Source: Tubiluchus corallicola
Lineage: Eukaryota; Animalia; Priapulida
Assembly: GCA_030141605.1 (NCBI GenBank)
Contig: JAQGDQ010000105.1
Location: 62,001 to 126,000 of the forward strand
Length of the DNA stretch: 64,000 nt
Direction: 5' to 3'
Program-made: the position numbers and the translations under genes
Notes under the pieces: generated by a model
Seen by the model: the letters and a program-made list of their open reading frames with translations, nothing else
Told to the model about the DNA's origin: nothing
Databases searched by the model: none
Shown: piece after piece, positions 49,579 through 62,357 of the stretch
How positions within the stretch are numbered: position 1 is the stretch's first letter
How the letters are laid out: each line of letters begins with the position of its first letter

Positions 49579-52500
49579 CGAATTAATAAACAACAAATAA
49601 ACGAACGCCGAGCAAGTAATGAAATGGGCGAATAAATAAGCAAGCAAGTGAGATTGCGAAAGATTGCGAAACATAAAATGAATTGAAAAAAATACGATAA
49701 ATAATTTATAAAATGTGTAATGCCAAATGACTATTATTTACGTTTGGAAAATTTTTAGGCAGCAATTTTTAGCTAATTTTGCAAATTTTTAAGCAAGTAA
49801 TTGCGAAAAGTAACATTGCTGTTCATATCAACAGAGTCTGGTTACACGCATACAAATTTCACGTTTTTTAATAAGCGAAAGTAGCGTGAAGGTGTTTGCA
49901 GGCAAGAACTGGTGTGCATAATGATGAAAATGTCTTTGTCTTTGCCTGTCAATGATATTTAACTACTTTATTATTTGTAAATTAAGTCATAATTTAGTTT
50001 TGCGTAATTTACATTATCCTAAGCTTTATTAAATTTTTAAGGGCTAATAATCTCTCTGCCTTTCTTAAAAATCGTGTATTCAGAAAATTTATGTCTGAAT
50101 ATGTGAAGGTCAATGTACGAAGCTTTTCTTGAAACATATGGAAAGTCATCATGTAATAGGTATTGTAAAAAAGAAAGAATGCTCTTTTTTGCTTGGCCGC
50201 AATTTGGCACTTGAAAATTTATATTTGATTTGAGTTTTTTTTTGTTTTAACGTTTATATTTCTCATGATATTGATATTAATATATATGATCATCATTATA
50301 TTATTAATATATGAATTTCTTATGAGTGATATTATAAATATGTTGTGTTATAATAGCATCTTTATTATAAATCTTTGTCTCACTTGATGATGTTAAAAGA
50401 TTTACCATCATCGTTTGTCTCACTGCCTACAATGTGTGTGCGTGTGTACCTGCACATGAAACTTACCAATTGGACATATTTGGTTTGTTGATGACGTTGT
50501 AACATATTGACGAAGACATACAGTGAGCCACAATTTTAGCACTTTATATCTAGGCTACTTGTGATTATAAACATTCAGTGTAGATGTGTTTCTCACTTAA
50601 TTAATATAACATTCAATCGTTGACTATAATTTGGACTATACTCTATGTATATGTTTTGCAATTAGAAGCATAATCTGTAAGTGAATTCACTGCGAGACAT
50701 GAAAAAATTAGCTATTGTAGTATTAAGTGGTAGCTATATAATATTCACTATGTGTTTGATCACACAAATAGTTATTGAATATAAACAGTGCAACTTCATT
50801 AGTTAGATTTGCATTCAATTTTTTTGTATAGCATGTTAGATTGGAGGAATATAAAAAGACGTACACAATAGTGCGGCAAAGGCTCATCGTCTGCAATGAA
50901 CGCATTATGACAAACAAATATTGTATTGGAAACATCTAATTTCTGTTTTCATATACTGATAATCTGTAATTTTAATGAATATTTCAGCACTCAACAGCAA
51001 AGGCAACTTTTTAAACGGTTATGGCGCGACCAGAATCTTGTTACAGTCAATGATAATTGCCCCGTAAAGCACTTTCTAGATATTTTCATAGCAAATAAGA
51101 AAATAATAACCCTTGGTCACGTTCAAAAGTAATGTATATACATCTTGTTTCGATGTGTCGCAACTTTCCTAGCAGCTATTTTCTCGACAGCCACCTATCC
51201 ATTTATAAAGCATACCTGGCGTTGTTTTACTTCGTTGCTAAGTTCACTCCGTGACAAATCAGTTTTCTATTTGCCTCTTACGTAAAAGATAACACTGGTA
51301 ACACATTTTCTCGGACAAGGTAAAATATGTGGCCAAAGCTTATTAAAGCTTTTACAGCACTGTCGTAATAATATGATTATGTATAATAACAGTTAAGCAC
51401 AGAAAAGTTGACCTAAGGCTTGTAAACTAAATTTGAAGTATTTGCATACATACAAGTATTGCGGTTTGGATTAATATATTAAAATGCAACATTCTGAGCC
51501 CCAGTAGAGTTAATATCTCACATACGAATATCTTTCATCAGTTTAACTTCATCCATTATTATTTTATTTAGAGCACAGTGTTGTAAATTATATTCATATT
51601 AATATCATGTTTTATTGTTTCTTTATATAGCCACTTGATTACAAAAGCCGAACATTAATTCGAATCTATAGATACTCTGGATACCATAGTGAAAGTATTT
51701 ATAGCATTACTTACAATGCATGCCCAATGGCACTCAGGTTCATAAATTAGGGTCACAAATCATTTCACTTTTTGTGTTATTTCGGAGAATGCTCCGTATA
51801 TTAATTTTCTGCTTTCGCTTTCAGACGACGATAGGCATGTGCCTCCTTTAATTATTAATTTACTCCAATACGATGTAATTAGGTATTTTTCTAGATATCA
51901 ACTCGATCGCTCTGTAACACCTTGCGACTGACACCAACCGCTTCAGCGGAACTATAGTAAATTAATAATGAACAATACCCCTGTGAATTTGCATTATTGG
52001 CTTAAGTGAAATTTTTTTGTGATATTCAATAAAAGCTGTGCAACACATAAATTCTTCTTTTTTCACAAGGTTGAAAATGTTCGCAGTGATGAAACCATCT
52101 TGCTATATTGGTCTTGCGTCTTGGTTGTGGAATGAATGTTGTGTTTTATGTTCGTAGGCCATTTATTTCGTTTGCCTATTTCTTTCTAATTTATTCGTTC
52201 GTTTGTTCGTTTCGTTCATTCTTTATTTCAGTCATTCATTAACATACTACGCATTCACACACTGAATGAAAAGCAATCGAGCTATAACAGGACCGTGGAT
52301 TGTTTACTGGTTCTCTTCTTATATACAACTGCAGATATGAAAATTTTAAGACATCGTTGAGAAATGAATTTCTTAGCTATAACTTATCAGTTAAAGTTAA
52401 AGCAGGTAATCGTTGATAATGGGTTACTGTACGTGTACCGTTTGACGTCGTAATAAATGAATACAGTACTAATACGGAAGCCATTTATACAACACAGAAA

Positions 52501-52581
52501 CCAGTTCGTTGCACTCACGATCAAAGATTGTCGGATACTTCCCGTGAGGAGGGTGCTGATTTTACTTAAAATTCAGCCACG

Positions 52582-53737
52582 ATGAAAACTGTTTGTGCAG
52601 GAGCCATAGTGAGATTTCTTTCTGTTGTTTGTGGTAAGTTCACAACATTTTTCCTTTGCTTGCTTGTTTAATTGTTATTTGGCGCATGCAGTAAGCCCAC
52701 TTACGGTCGCCTCATTAACCATTAGTAGTTATTGCTAGAGTTGCATAGAGCAAAACTGAAAAGTCTTTAATTTATAAACACTACAACAGAGCAAAAAGCA
52801 GTATTCAAGAAGACAAGCTCTGTAAAGAAACTTCTTGTTAACTATTTTGCAGTATGGTGGAGTGTCCAGGTGACTGAAGCTGACGACGATGAAGACAAGC
52901 GTAAGTAATATAATAAGCATTGCTGCCGAGTTTCATTTTTATTAGGAAAGAATAACTCGAAAGACGTTGTCATAGATTTTCTTAAAAGTGAAATAAGTTC
53001 CGTTGCAAATCATTAATATTTCAGGTTGTGCCGCTTCCTTCATATCTTATGATTTGGGATTTACCTCGATGACGTCATATGGAAGACTGGAATTTGCACC
53101 TGTAAATCAACCACCTGAGGGTCTGCCTTCTTGCACTGTGCTGTTTTGGGTAAGGACCTTCGAGCGGTACCGTACCCTGACCATCCTGTCGTACGCCACA
53201 ATGAATAACGCCAATGAATTTTTTCTGCGATTCGTCAGTGTCCAAGAAGCGGACCCACTGGACAACTTGAAACTGACCATTGGACCTGTCACAGAGTAGG
53301 TATATATTTACCAATTTTTCGGGCTGATGGTGTTAATTGGTATAGTAATGTGATTTTTAGAGCATGCTTTGCTGCATAATGTTTTAATTTGAAGATGGTC
53401 TCTACGACATGTCATTTAAATGCACTTAAAGCCTGATGCAGTTTCATATTGCCTGTTTATGTACTTGAGGCTATAAACTACAATTAAAATAATTTCAATC
53501 AGACCAATACGTGGTCTAATTAAAGGAAGACATTTCTCGGGAAAAATATGAACACGAACAATGTCAAAGTTATACATATTACTGAACTTATTTGGTACGT
53601 TTCAGTTCCCCTGGCTGTAGGTGAAGTTGGATGCCAGGGCAGACGAAACATGCCAAATAACGGTCAGTGCCGTAATGTTTTTTTTATATCGCTGGTGTCC
53701 TTATACAATATTGTTATTATTATTATTATTATTATTA

Positions 53738-53820
<83 letters not shown>

Positions 53821-54368
53821 CTGCTACTGCTACTGCTGCTTTTGCTGCTGCTGTTACTATATTTTTGAATATTATATAACCTACCGGTTTTCGAAAATTT
53901 TTCTTTCTGCTGCGAAAACATATAATCGCATATCTTTGTTTTAGGAGCATCTTAAAAGGTGTGCGTGTCAGAGACGGAGATTGGCACTTTGTTTCTATGT
54001 CATGGAGTACTAGTGGAGATGCGATCGCCTGCTTTGATGGCAATTGTCAAACCATAACAGGTTTCGCGACAGGCTACCTACTGGAAGCCAATGGATTTGT
54101 AGTTGTTGGCCAAGACCAGGACACAATTCTGGGCGGTTACGATCCTCACCAAAGTTTTGTTGGCGAGCTCAGTAGCTTCAACATTATTACGAAGGCGTTT
54201 AATGAAACGGAACATCTCCATTTTGCCGAAGAATGCTACATTGACGATGGCGATGTGATCCGTTGGACGGATTTTAGAGCAGCTATTAGAGGAAAATTAA
54301 ATGTGTACTCGCCCTCTTCTATTTGCGCCAAAAAATTTTTCCTCCAGGCTAATTCTGATGATAAATGA
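52582..54368 (+). CDS. Secreted pentraxin-domain protein 1 (short pentraxin-like), ~248 aa
   Basis: Exons 52582-52633 (MKTVCAGAIVRFLSVVC, G|gtaagt), 53025-53295 (GA|gtaggt), 53945-54368; 747 nt in frame. Motifs TILSYA...NEF, DGDWHFVSMSW, VVGQDQDTILGGYDPHQSFVGELSSFNI, GDVIRW. Confidence 0.9.
53710..53860. repeat. (TAT)n plus (CTG/CTA)n microsatellite in pentraxin-1 intron 2
   Basis: Directly visible. Confidence 0.95.
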
Positions 54369-55209
54369 AACATTTTTTAACAGTCCAAGTAACTGCACAA
54401 TCTGCTGTATACCTTTGTAATTGATGCCTTAATACCAGCTAATAATTTTTTTGAAAATTCTTTCTTGTCCTAAAGTTTTGCCAAGTTGTTTGTACATTAC
54501 AGTTATGTTTTATCTTTATCAATCCCTTTTTGTCTTCAGACATTTGTTAATTGAAATAAATTGCTTTAAAAATCTTGCCTTGTGCGAATTTGTTGTTATT
54601 TATTGTTTCTTTTATTTAGGTTATATTTTCATATTTTTGTTTGCAATTAAATTTAAATTCAGCAGATTAGACACGTAACGACAACCTTTAATTTGAACAT
54701 ATGTAGTAAACTCAAACACCCGTCAAAACAGCGCTGAACAAAGTGCTCTGGTGTTAAAAGCTTGAGTGAAAATGACTAACGCCAAGTCACAGCTTTCCCC
54801 ACAGATTTCTTATTTGCTCATCTTGATTGTGATATTGCAATGGTGCGTAGCACAAACGCAAAGCTGTTAAATGTTAGGTAGTGACAATGTTCTCAAAACT
54901 GTGGCAGGTTGTAGGGCTTAACATTCCCATTATGGCTTTTTGGAGGTTATCAAGTTGAACGTTCCCTGTGTGGCTTTTTTGTGATTACCTGTTAGTGCAA
55001 ACAAACAAACCGATTGGATGCTGTACTGTGCCCACTCAAATTTTGAGAAATGTATTTTAGGGTGTTACTTTTTCAGTGACCAATAATAATTATCCATATA
55101 CATGTCAACTTACATACCGAACCGGCAGATGCATTTAGTTGTTCCGAGTTATGTATTTTAACTAGACATTTAAGCTATATAACTAATACATAATTGTTCA
55201 ATAATTTTG

Positions 55210-55210
<1 letters not shown>

Positions 55211-55257
<47 letters not shown>
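55211..55257. repeat. (TA)n(GT)n microsatellite
   Basis: Directly visible. Confidence 0.95.
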
Positions 55258-55258
<1 letters not shown>

Positions 55259-55758
55259 ATGTGTAACTTAGGAACTATTATAAATTTGAACATGAGTTTA
55301 AATTAGAAAATTATTTGGTATTGGTAGCGCAGAAAATTCTGTCTTTTGCAAAAAACTGAATCAGTTCGCATACATTGGCTACTGAAACAGAAAGGCATCA
55401 TTAACCAAAGAGCTTCCTGTTAACAAACGCTTACGTATATATTGTAAAGAATCAGCATAGTCATTACAACTATGAGCAGTGGTAAATATTTGTTTTGGGC
55501 AGAAAGCAGCGACCGATTAATGCTATTAATTATTTGTAATTTAATAAACAAATGTTTTTTAAATAGGAAGAATATATAAAATTTAGTATTCAGTTTTATT
55601 ATTACAGTTCAACTATATTTGATGAATACACTTGATTACTTTTGTCTTTATAAATATAAATTTTGTTCATAACACCATTACATAATATTCACAATTCATC
55701 CAAGTCATCCACGTGCCTCAGTGACTTGGGCAAATCTACTAGCTTTGCTGGCATGCCT

Positions 55759-55798
<40 letters not shown>

Positions 55799-56994
55799 AT
55801 CATTTTATTACAACATTACATATATATTACAATATATATCATTTTTATTGCTATTCATAGGACAATTACATCAAATATACAGACAGATCAACAAATAAAA
55901 TAACATTAATTAACATGATTAGTAAGCAACGTGAATAAACGCAACTCAATATACTATTGAGTGAGAGTAAGATATATTAGTATGGCGTACAACTCATTTC
56001 TGTCAAACAATTAAAACAATTACTTTCTAGAGCCCTTAAACTTCTTTAATGAAATTTACAATCCGTATTTGTTTTTTCTCTAACATTACTTCTTACATCT
56101 GATGTACAGGAAAAAACGTTAGAAAGAAAATTTTCATTGGTGTAAAAAGTTTTGTACTCATTACAAATTGATGACAAATGATAAGCCATTATAGAAGATG
56201 CATGAAATCGCGAATTATGAGCACAGAAATTGACTATAGGTTTTTCACTATTTAAGCAATTATGGTAAAACTTAACAAATCGTTTTTGTGTAACTGTTTT
56301 TTATGAATCTGGTGATGTGCGCACCATGTGAAACTCCACCTAATTTCAAATTTTGGGATAAATTTAGCCCAATTAAGAAAAGGCGAAGAACATCAGCTCC
56401 TTAAGCAATGACTGCGCTGTAGAAAGAGTCGGTTTAGTAATAATATCTTAATAAGCTTCAGATATTCACAGTTATATTCCTATTTTTTACGATTATAACT
56501 GGACGATTAATGTCGGCCATATTAATAATAAAAAATTTCTTCAAGGTAACCACCCCACGTTTTCGGTTGCACTCTATTATTAAAAAAGTATCTGTGTGTC
56601 AAGTATACTTTTCAGGACAGACATGTACGCTTTTCTTTAACTGTACGATTTTCTTTCCGAATTTTATTAGCCCTAATGATTATAACCTGTATGTACACTT
56701 GCGAGTTGAAATATATATCGCACATGTAGACCTAAAAATAACTTCCGGTACGCTTACGTATAGTATGGATGACTGCTTGTGTTATTTAAAATGTTTGTAT
56801 TCTACTGTAATATTCCTTTACAGAAGCCAGTTACAGCCTGATTCTAAGACCCTACACTTACATGCTAATTTTGCCATACTGTAAGCTTGTTGGAAAACAT
56901 TTTGTCTAAAAATTTGAAGGTAGTTGAGCAGTTGAAACCAGCGAAAGCATACACTGTTCGTGCATGCGTCAGTTATCCAGGTAGTTCATTAGGC

Positions 56995-59277
56995 ATGAAG
57001 ACTTGGACAGGCATCATGTTACGAGAAGTTTTGTCTGCCTTAGGTGAGTTATAATAACGATTTTATTTCGGTGCCTGTAAGAAGACTGTGAATAAGTTAG
57101 TAAAGTACAGCCCAGTAGGCCTAATTTATTGTAATAAAGGGTTGACAGGGTTGATTTACATGCACATAAACAATTTAGAAATGTAAGCCTACTGTATGAC
57201 CTACATTCATACAGTAGGCTTACAAATAATAAAAATGCTGATTTAAAATAGAAATAAAATTGCACTTGAAAAATACAGTGTATAGTTTGACTGCTGGAAG
57301 TAGTACCTATCTTTATGAACATTATGCAACTAAAGCTATTGCAACAGAAAAGTAATATATTTTTTTCGTTTCGTACTTAAATATGCGGGACTAATTTACG
57401 ATTAGGCAGATTAAGCTAAATCAATTTGAAAATGTACTTTTTGTTCATTTTACTTGATTTTTATTGGTAAACACAGATTAAAATGGTAACAATTAAAAAT
57501 ACTAACTAAGATAAATATTAAAAATACTTTAGCCTAAAAATTTACAATGTAAAATAATCATAATATCTTTCGTCAATTTTAAAAACAAACAGTGACCTAT
57601 TTACTTGCAAGTATACAATTTCTTAAACTACACACACACACAGCAGCTCTTTTTAAAGCCTTGTTATCATATGCCAGACTAATTCGTCATACTAATTCGT
57701 ATTTAAAAAAGTTACGAAGAGAGACATATGTCGATCTAAACTGTGCAATATTATATCTTTTATAGGATATCGATATACTGCTACAATAAATTCCTCTGTA
57801 ATACGATTTGAATAAAATACTTTTAATTTCCTTTGAACAGAAATGAAGTCACTACATAGCTCGTGCATAAAATAGTCTTAACTTATTAGCAATATTTACA
57901 TTATCACTATAATCATAGGATATGCGTCCTAGATAGTTTTCACTTTTACTGACACTTTTTTGTAAAACTACGTATTTAAGTGTAATAGAATTGCATTCAC
58001 TATTAAAATCCATAAATTATTCCAGAGATATTTGCAAAATTGGATGCAGTAATTAAATTTTATAAATCTAATTAAATTTTTGCAGTTCTGTCAGCAGTAG
58101 TGAGCCTGACAAAAGCGCCGGACCCGCTAAACGAAGTAAATTTGAGTAAGTGCTATTAAACCATATTTCGTCTGTCAAGCAGTACAGTTTTCTTTTCTTA
58201 GGAACTATATATGCAGTAATAGGCCTGCAATATACAATAATAGGCCTACAATATGGTGCAATGCATTCTGAAGACGCCAAATGCTTTTCATAAATATATT
58301 ACGTAGGCCTATGCCAATTATTGTTGAATATAATGGATAATTTTAATTTCAGGTTGCTCATCCTCTTTCATCTGTTATGACGTGGGCTTTACCAGACTCT
58401 CTACAAAGGACATGCTAGCGCTGACAGTACCATTTTCTGAAAGTGGCTTCAAAGAATGTGCCATTGTGTTCGCATTTAGGACAACAGATCGGATGCTTCG
58501 GCCCATCACTGTCATCTCGTATGCTGTACCTGGCAACCCCTATGAACTAGTAGTCCAGTTTGCGCCCCACCATGAAACATTGTATGACGACCTTCTCTTA
58601 ACGTTGGGGCCTCAGACTGTGTAAGTATGTGTAATATCTCAAATTATCCTTTAGTTATTGTTCTACTTGGAGACTGTCATTCTGTTAGCACTAAAAGATC
58701 TGCGCTAAAAGTTTGTCAGTTTCAGGTTTCATTGTCGTTTTGCTTATTCGATTTTACTGTGCTGTTCAAATGTTCCACGAAATGGTAGGACATAAATTAA
58801 AGCCAGTCATTGTTCAAGCCTGTCACACTAATGGCAATGAAATGGCTTTCTTATTGCAGGGCCATTCGTGAAGATTTTCTGGTGAGAGACTCGAAGTGGC
58901 ACCGCATCAGCCTTTCTTGGGAAAGTGATGGTGGCATCTTGCTGTCTTGCGTGGACTCACTGTGCCAGAGTACGACGATCTCTCCCAATCATATACTTGT
59001 ACCCAATGGTGTGCTAGTAATTTGCCAGGAACAAGGTTACATGCATGGAGGATATGACCCGATCAATGCTTGCGTCGGTGAACTGAGTAATCTGAATATC
59101 TACGGGCACGCCCTCACTGGCGAAGAACAAAAAATACGAAATGATCAATGCTGTGTTCTCGATGGAGATGTTCTTAGCTGGTTTGATGCACGAGCAGCAA
59201 TTGTTGGTTCAGTTAATGTTTATTCCCCATCATCTCTTTGCACTAGAGAATATTTCAAGGAAGAGGAAGATAAGTAA
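56995..59277 (+). CDS. Secreted pentraxin-domain protein 2, tandem paralog of protein 1, ~244 aa
   Basis: Exons 56995-57043 (MKTWTGIMLREVLSAL, G|gtgagt), 58353-58620 (GT|gtaagt), 58860-59277; 735 nt in frame, same intron positions and phases as paralog 1. Motifs TVISYA, DSKWHRISLSWES, VICQEQG...GGYDP...VGELSNLNI, GDVLSW, NVYSPSS. Confidence 0.88.
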
Positions 59278-59550
59278 TTAAAAACGGAATCTCAATTTAT
59301 TAAGGAATCTTTTCACTCAGTTATTAACACCAGATTATTTTATTATGTATACACACGCGTTTTGAAAGCGTAACTAGATTTAGCAACATTTGTAAATTGT
59401 ATCTTTTCTGTTTTTTTTTGAGTAAAAATTTACTAAGATGGATTACAGTGTTGGATAATTTATTTACTGTGAACTCGTTGTATAGCTAGGGCATCGCCGT
59501 GACAAATATATACAAGTACATGAAGACGAATTGTAAGCTTAATGTTTAGG

Positions 59551-59690
59551 TTATTATCAATGATGGTACAAACTCTCAATTAATTGAACTTTGAAACCGA
59601 ACTTAAAAAGAAAGTATAAAAGAGTTAGGACATTGGCTAAACTTGAACGAAGGATCTTCTGCTCACCCACCAGGCGATCTGGCTGACCAG
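59551..59690 (-). mobile_element. Inverted second copy of the SINE-like repeat at 60676-60830
   Basis: TGATGGTACAAACTCTCAATTAATTGAACTTTGAAACCG matches the reverse complement of 60781-60820 (TGATGGTACAAACCTACAATTAATTAAATTTTGAAACCA); weaker similarity continues to TTCTGCT. Confidence 0.6.
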
Positions 59691-60675
59691 AATGTCTCAA
59701 AGGCCCAATGACATATTTTTATGTTATTGGAACTACATATTTCCTAATTTTAAAACAGCTCCAATGCATACTTTTATGTAATATGGTAACTTACATTAAG
59801 CGCCGTTGGTACTGTAACAAATATTTTTCTTGACATGACACTCAGGAAAAATGCTGTGACGTCACGTAAGGAAGATGCATTTAACAGCCGCAGTACGGTA
59901 GACAACCAGCGGCCCCAGCAAGCAGAGCACTGCGTGAACAGAGCGGTTATTGCTGAGTAATGATTTATCTATTAATAAAAGCGTTTCATACAATTGTATT
60001 TATCTAATTACAAACCTGCATGGAGCACAAATTTATAGTAAAAAACACAGTATGCAATGTTACTGTATTATTATTTAAACTGAACAGTAGGTGTGCCGAG
60101 TACGCGAATTAGGGTGTAAGTAAGCTGCTAGACACTGTTTTGGGTTACATCCATAGTAAATAAGGTAATAAACTTTTTAGCTAAATTTCATGAAAATTAT
60201 ATGTTTAGGCTAGGTTAGCAGTAGGACATTTTCAACCCTACCGATTTAACGGAAAATCCCGTTTTTAATGTTAACCCCCCTTTCTTCACATTCTGAAATA
60301 TTTCTCCCTGTTTTTTTATACGTTACTTTAACGTAAAAATCGTAAAAAACGCGACGGCAGTGAGGATAAAACAGCCTTTCCTTTTGAGTTAAAAACGTCT
60401 GAAAGGCATTTCTTGGCTTTCCGCTTTCTTTTACTTTTGAACCTCACATTAAGTTAGACGTGCATAGGCTCAAAACGTCGATAAAGCCCAGGGAACAAAA
60501 TCTGATATTACTGCCTTACTGTCTAGTTCTTTTCTCGTTGATCGTACCTAAGAATCCCACTGTTATTTTACAATTTCATATACTGGAAAACATAAAAACG
60601 ATCACTCTTTGTCAGAAGCAATGTCTGAACGGCACATAAGGCAAAGATAACTTAAGGAATTTCGGACCGTGATGA

Positions 60676-60830
60676 GTACCGGGGTAATTTCGCGATTGCG
60701 GCGTCTGCCAGGCAAGCAGAAGGTGCCTACTTCAAATCCAAGCTGTGTTCAAGTCTTTCACTTTTCCTGCTTTTTGAATTTGGTTTCAAAATTTAATTAA
60801 TTGTAGGTTTGTACCATCACATGAAGAGAA
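60676..60830 (+). mobile_element. Degenerate tRNA-derived SINE-like repeat
   Basis: GTCTGCCAGGCAAGCAGAAGG...TTCAAATCC head followed by an AT-rich body; homologous to the inverted copy at 59551-59690. Confidence 0.55.
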
Positions 60831-61279
60831 AATCATGCAGCTGGAACAAAAACAAAACAAACTGCGAAAGAAGCAATTAAAGCCCGTCAATTAATTCAGG
60901 AGAAAGTACGTAATAACCTCATCTTTAGCCTTCTCAAATGCGAGATAGCTTAATCATCCATTACATAATTACGCGTGGACAAAAGAACACTGAAAATCAG
61001 TTCATTTGCAGAGAATCTATAATACTCTCTTTTAAGGTTTACGAGAAAATGGAGTCATCTGTTCTCTTTTTAGTATATTCAAATGCTATCAAATCAACAT
61101 TTAAATTGAACAAGAACATGAATTAATCTAATCTATTTTTGCTATCGCTTGCATAATATTGTTTTACACTGTATGGCACCGTAAAATGCGTAGAACAGGT
61201 GTTACTAGGACCATTAGATGGAATTTTAACCGTGATCAGATGCTCTTGTTCTGGTGCAAAGGTGTACCCTGTTCGCCAT

Positions 61280-61647
61280 CAACAAATTCCAGATTCAACC
61301 TCTTCCAGATTTTGAATGGAACCCGCTTGTAGTTTTTCTCAGAGAATCGCCTTTGTATAATTCTTTTATTGACACGATTACTGAGTTAGGGCTAGAACTA
61401 TTAGTCAAATCTTATACAAGAATTGATAAGCACTCAGCTCAAGAGTATCCTTGACTTAGTCTTATGTGCTGATCTAGGGTTTGTGTATAAACCCAGTATT
61501 TGTGAGCCTGTTCTGACAACTGATCATTTTGCGATAAATTTCTTTTGTCAAGGTCCAATCGCTAAAAGTAAGGAAAATGTTACTAGCCCAGTCGTCTTTG
61601 ATTATGACAAAGCTAATTGGGATGAAACCTTAATATTAGTGGATTAA
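61280..61647 (+). mobile_element. Decayed non-LTR retrotransposon (CR1/L2-like) APE endonuclease fragment
   Basis: Two overlapping frames give LPDFEW...FIDTITELGLELLVKSYTR...(frameshift near 61440)...SILDLVL...TDHFAINF...FDYDKANWD, the usual end of a LINE endonuclease domain. Confidence 0.75.
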
Positions 61648-62343
61648 GAAACACATAAATCATTGAAAAAACGACTACGTACTAATTAGATTATTTTGGT
61701 AAGATTCTCCAACACAGTTTTCCATGGAGTACGTAAAAACTAAACCATTTTTTATTCGTTTTAATGTCTCTTAAGTGAAAAATACTGAATTGAGTTTACT
61801 TAGTGTTTTCATTTGCATGATCATGGCAATTATGTTTGTTGTAGTACGTACTTCTCTAGTGTAACACTTTTGGTTCATTATCTCAAATTGCTCAAGTATG
61901 GCACAGGGCCACCCTTAATATTCTTAAAAAGGACCCTCAGAACACGAGAAAACCACTGAGAAAAAAACTTGCAAATGCAAGGTTCACCCCATTGGTTGCC
62001 GGACTATTTATATGAGGATTTACTAACAGATGTTAAAATAACTAAGCAGGTGTTCCCACGTACAAGTTGTCAAAACTTGTCAAAACACGAATCGTATAAT
62101 AAACTTATATTTAAAATAAAATACATAACCAGCGGAAGGACATCATCCCTAGGTAATAGCAATGTTACTAAAGTTTGCACATTTTTTACAAATACGCGCA
62201 AGCAAAATGTAGGTGCGTGCGTGTACAGCAAGCGAGAAACCCATGCTTCGCATTTCGGACTAGTTTTTAATAGTATTCGTTTAGTGTTGCTTAAATATAG
62301 GTCTTTAGCTGTTTGCTCTAACTTAGCGTAACTATAAAATTCA

Positions 62344-62357
62344 CCACTAGATGGCGA
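62344..62357 (+). promoter_or_regulatory. Candidate CTCF-binding site
   Basis: CCACTAGATGGCGA closely fits the CTCF core consensus; motif match only. Confidence 0.4.
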
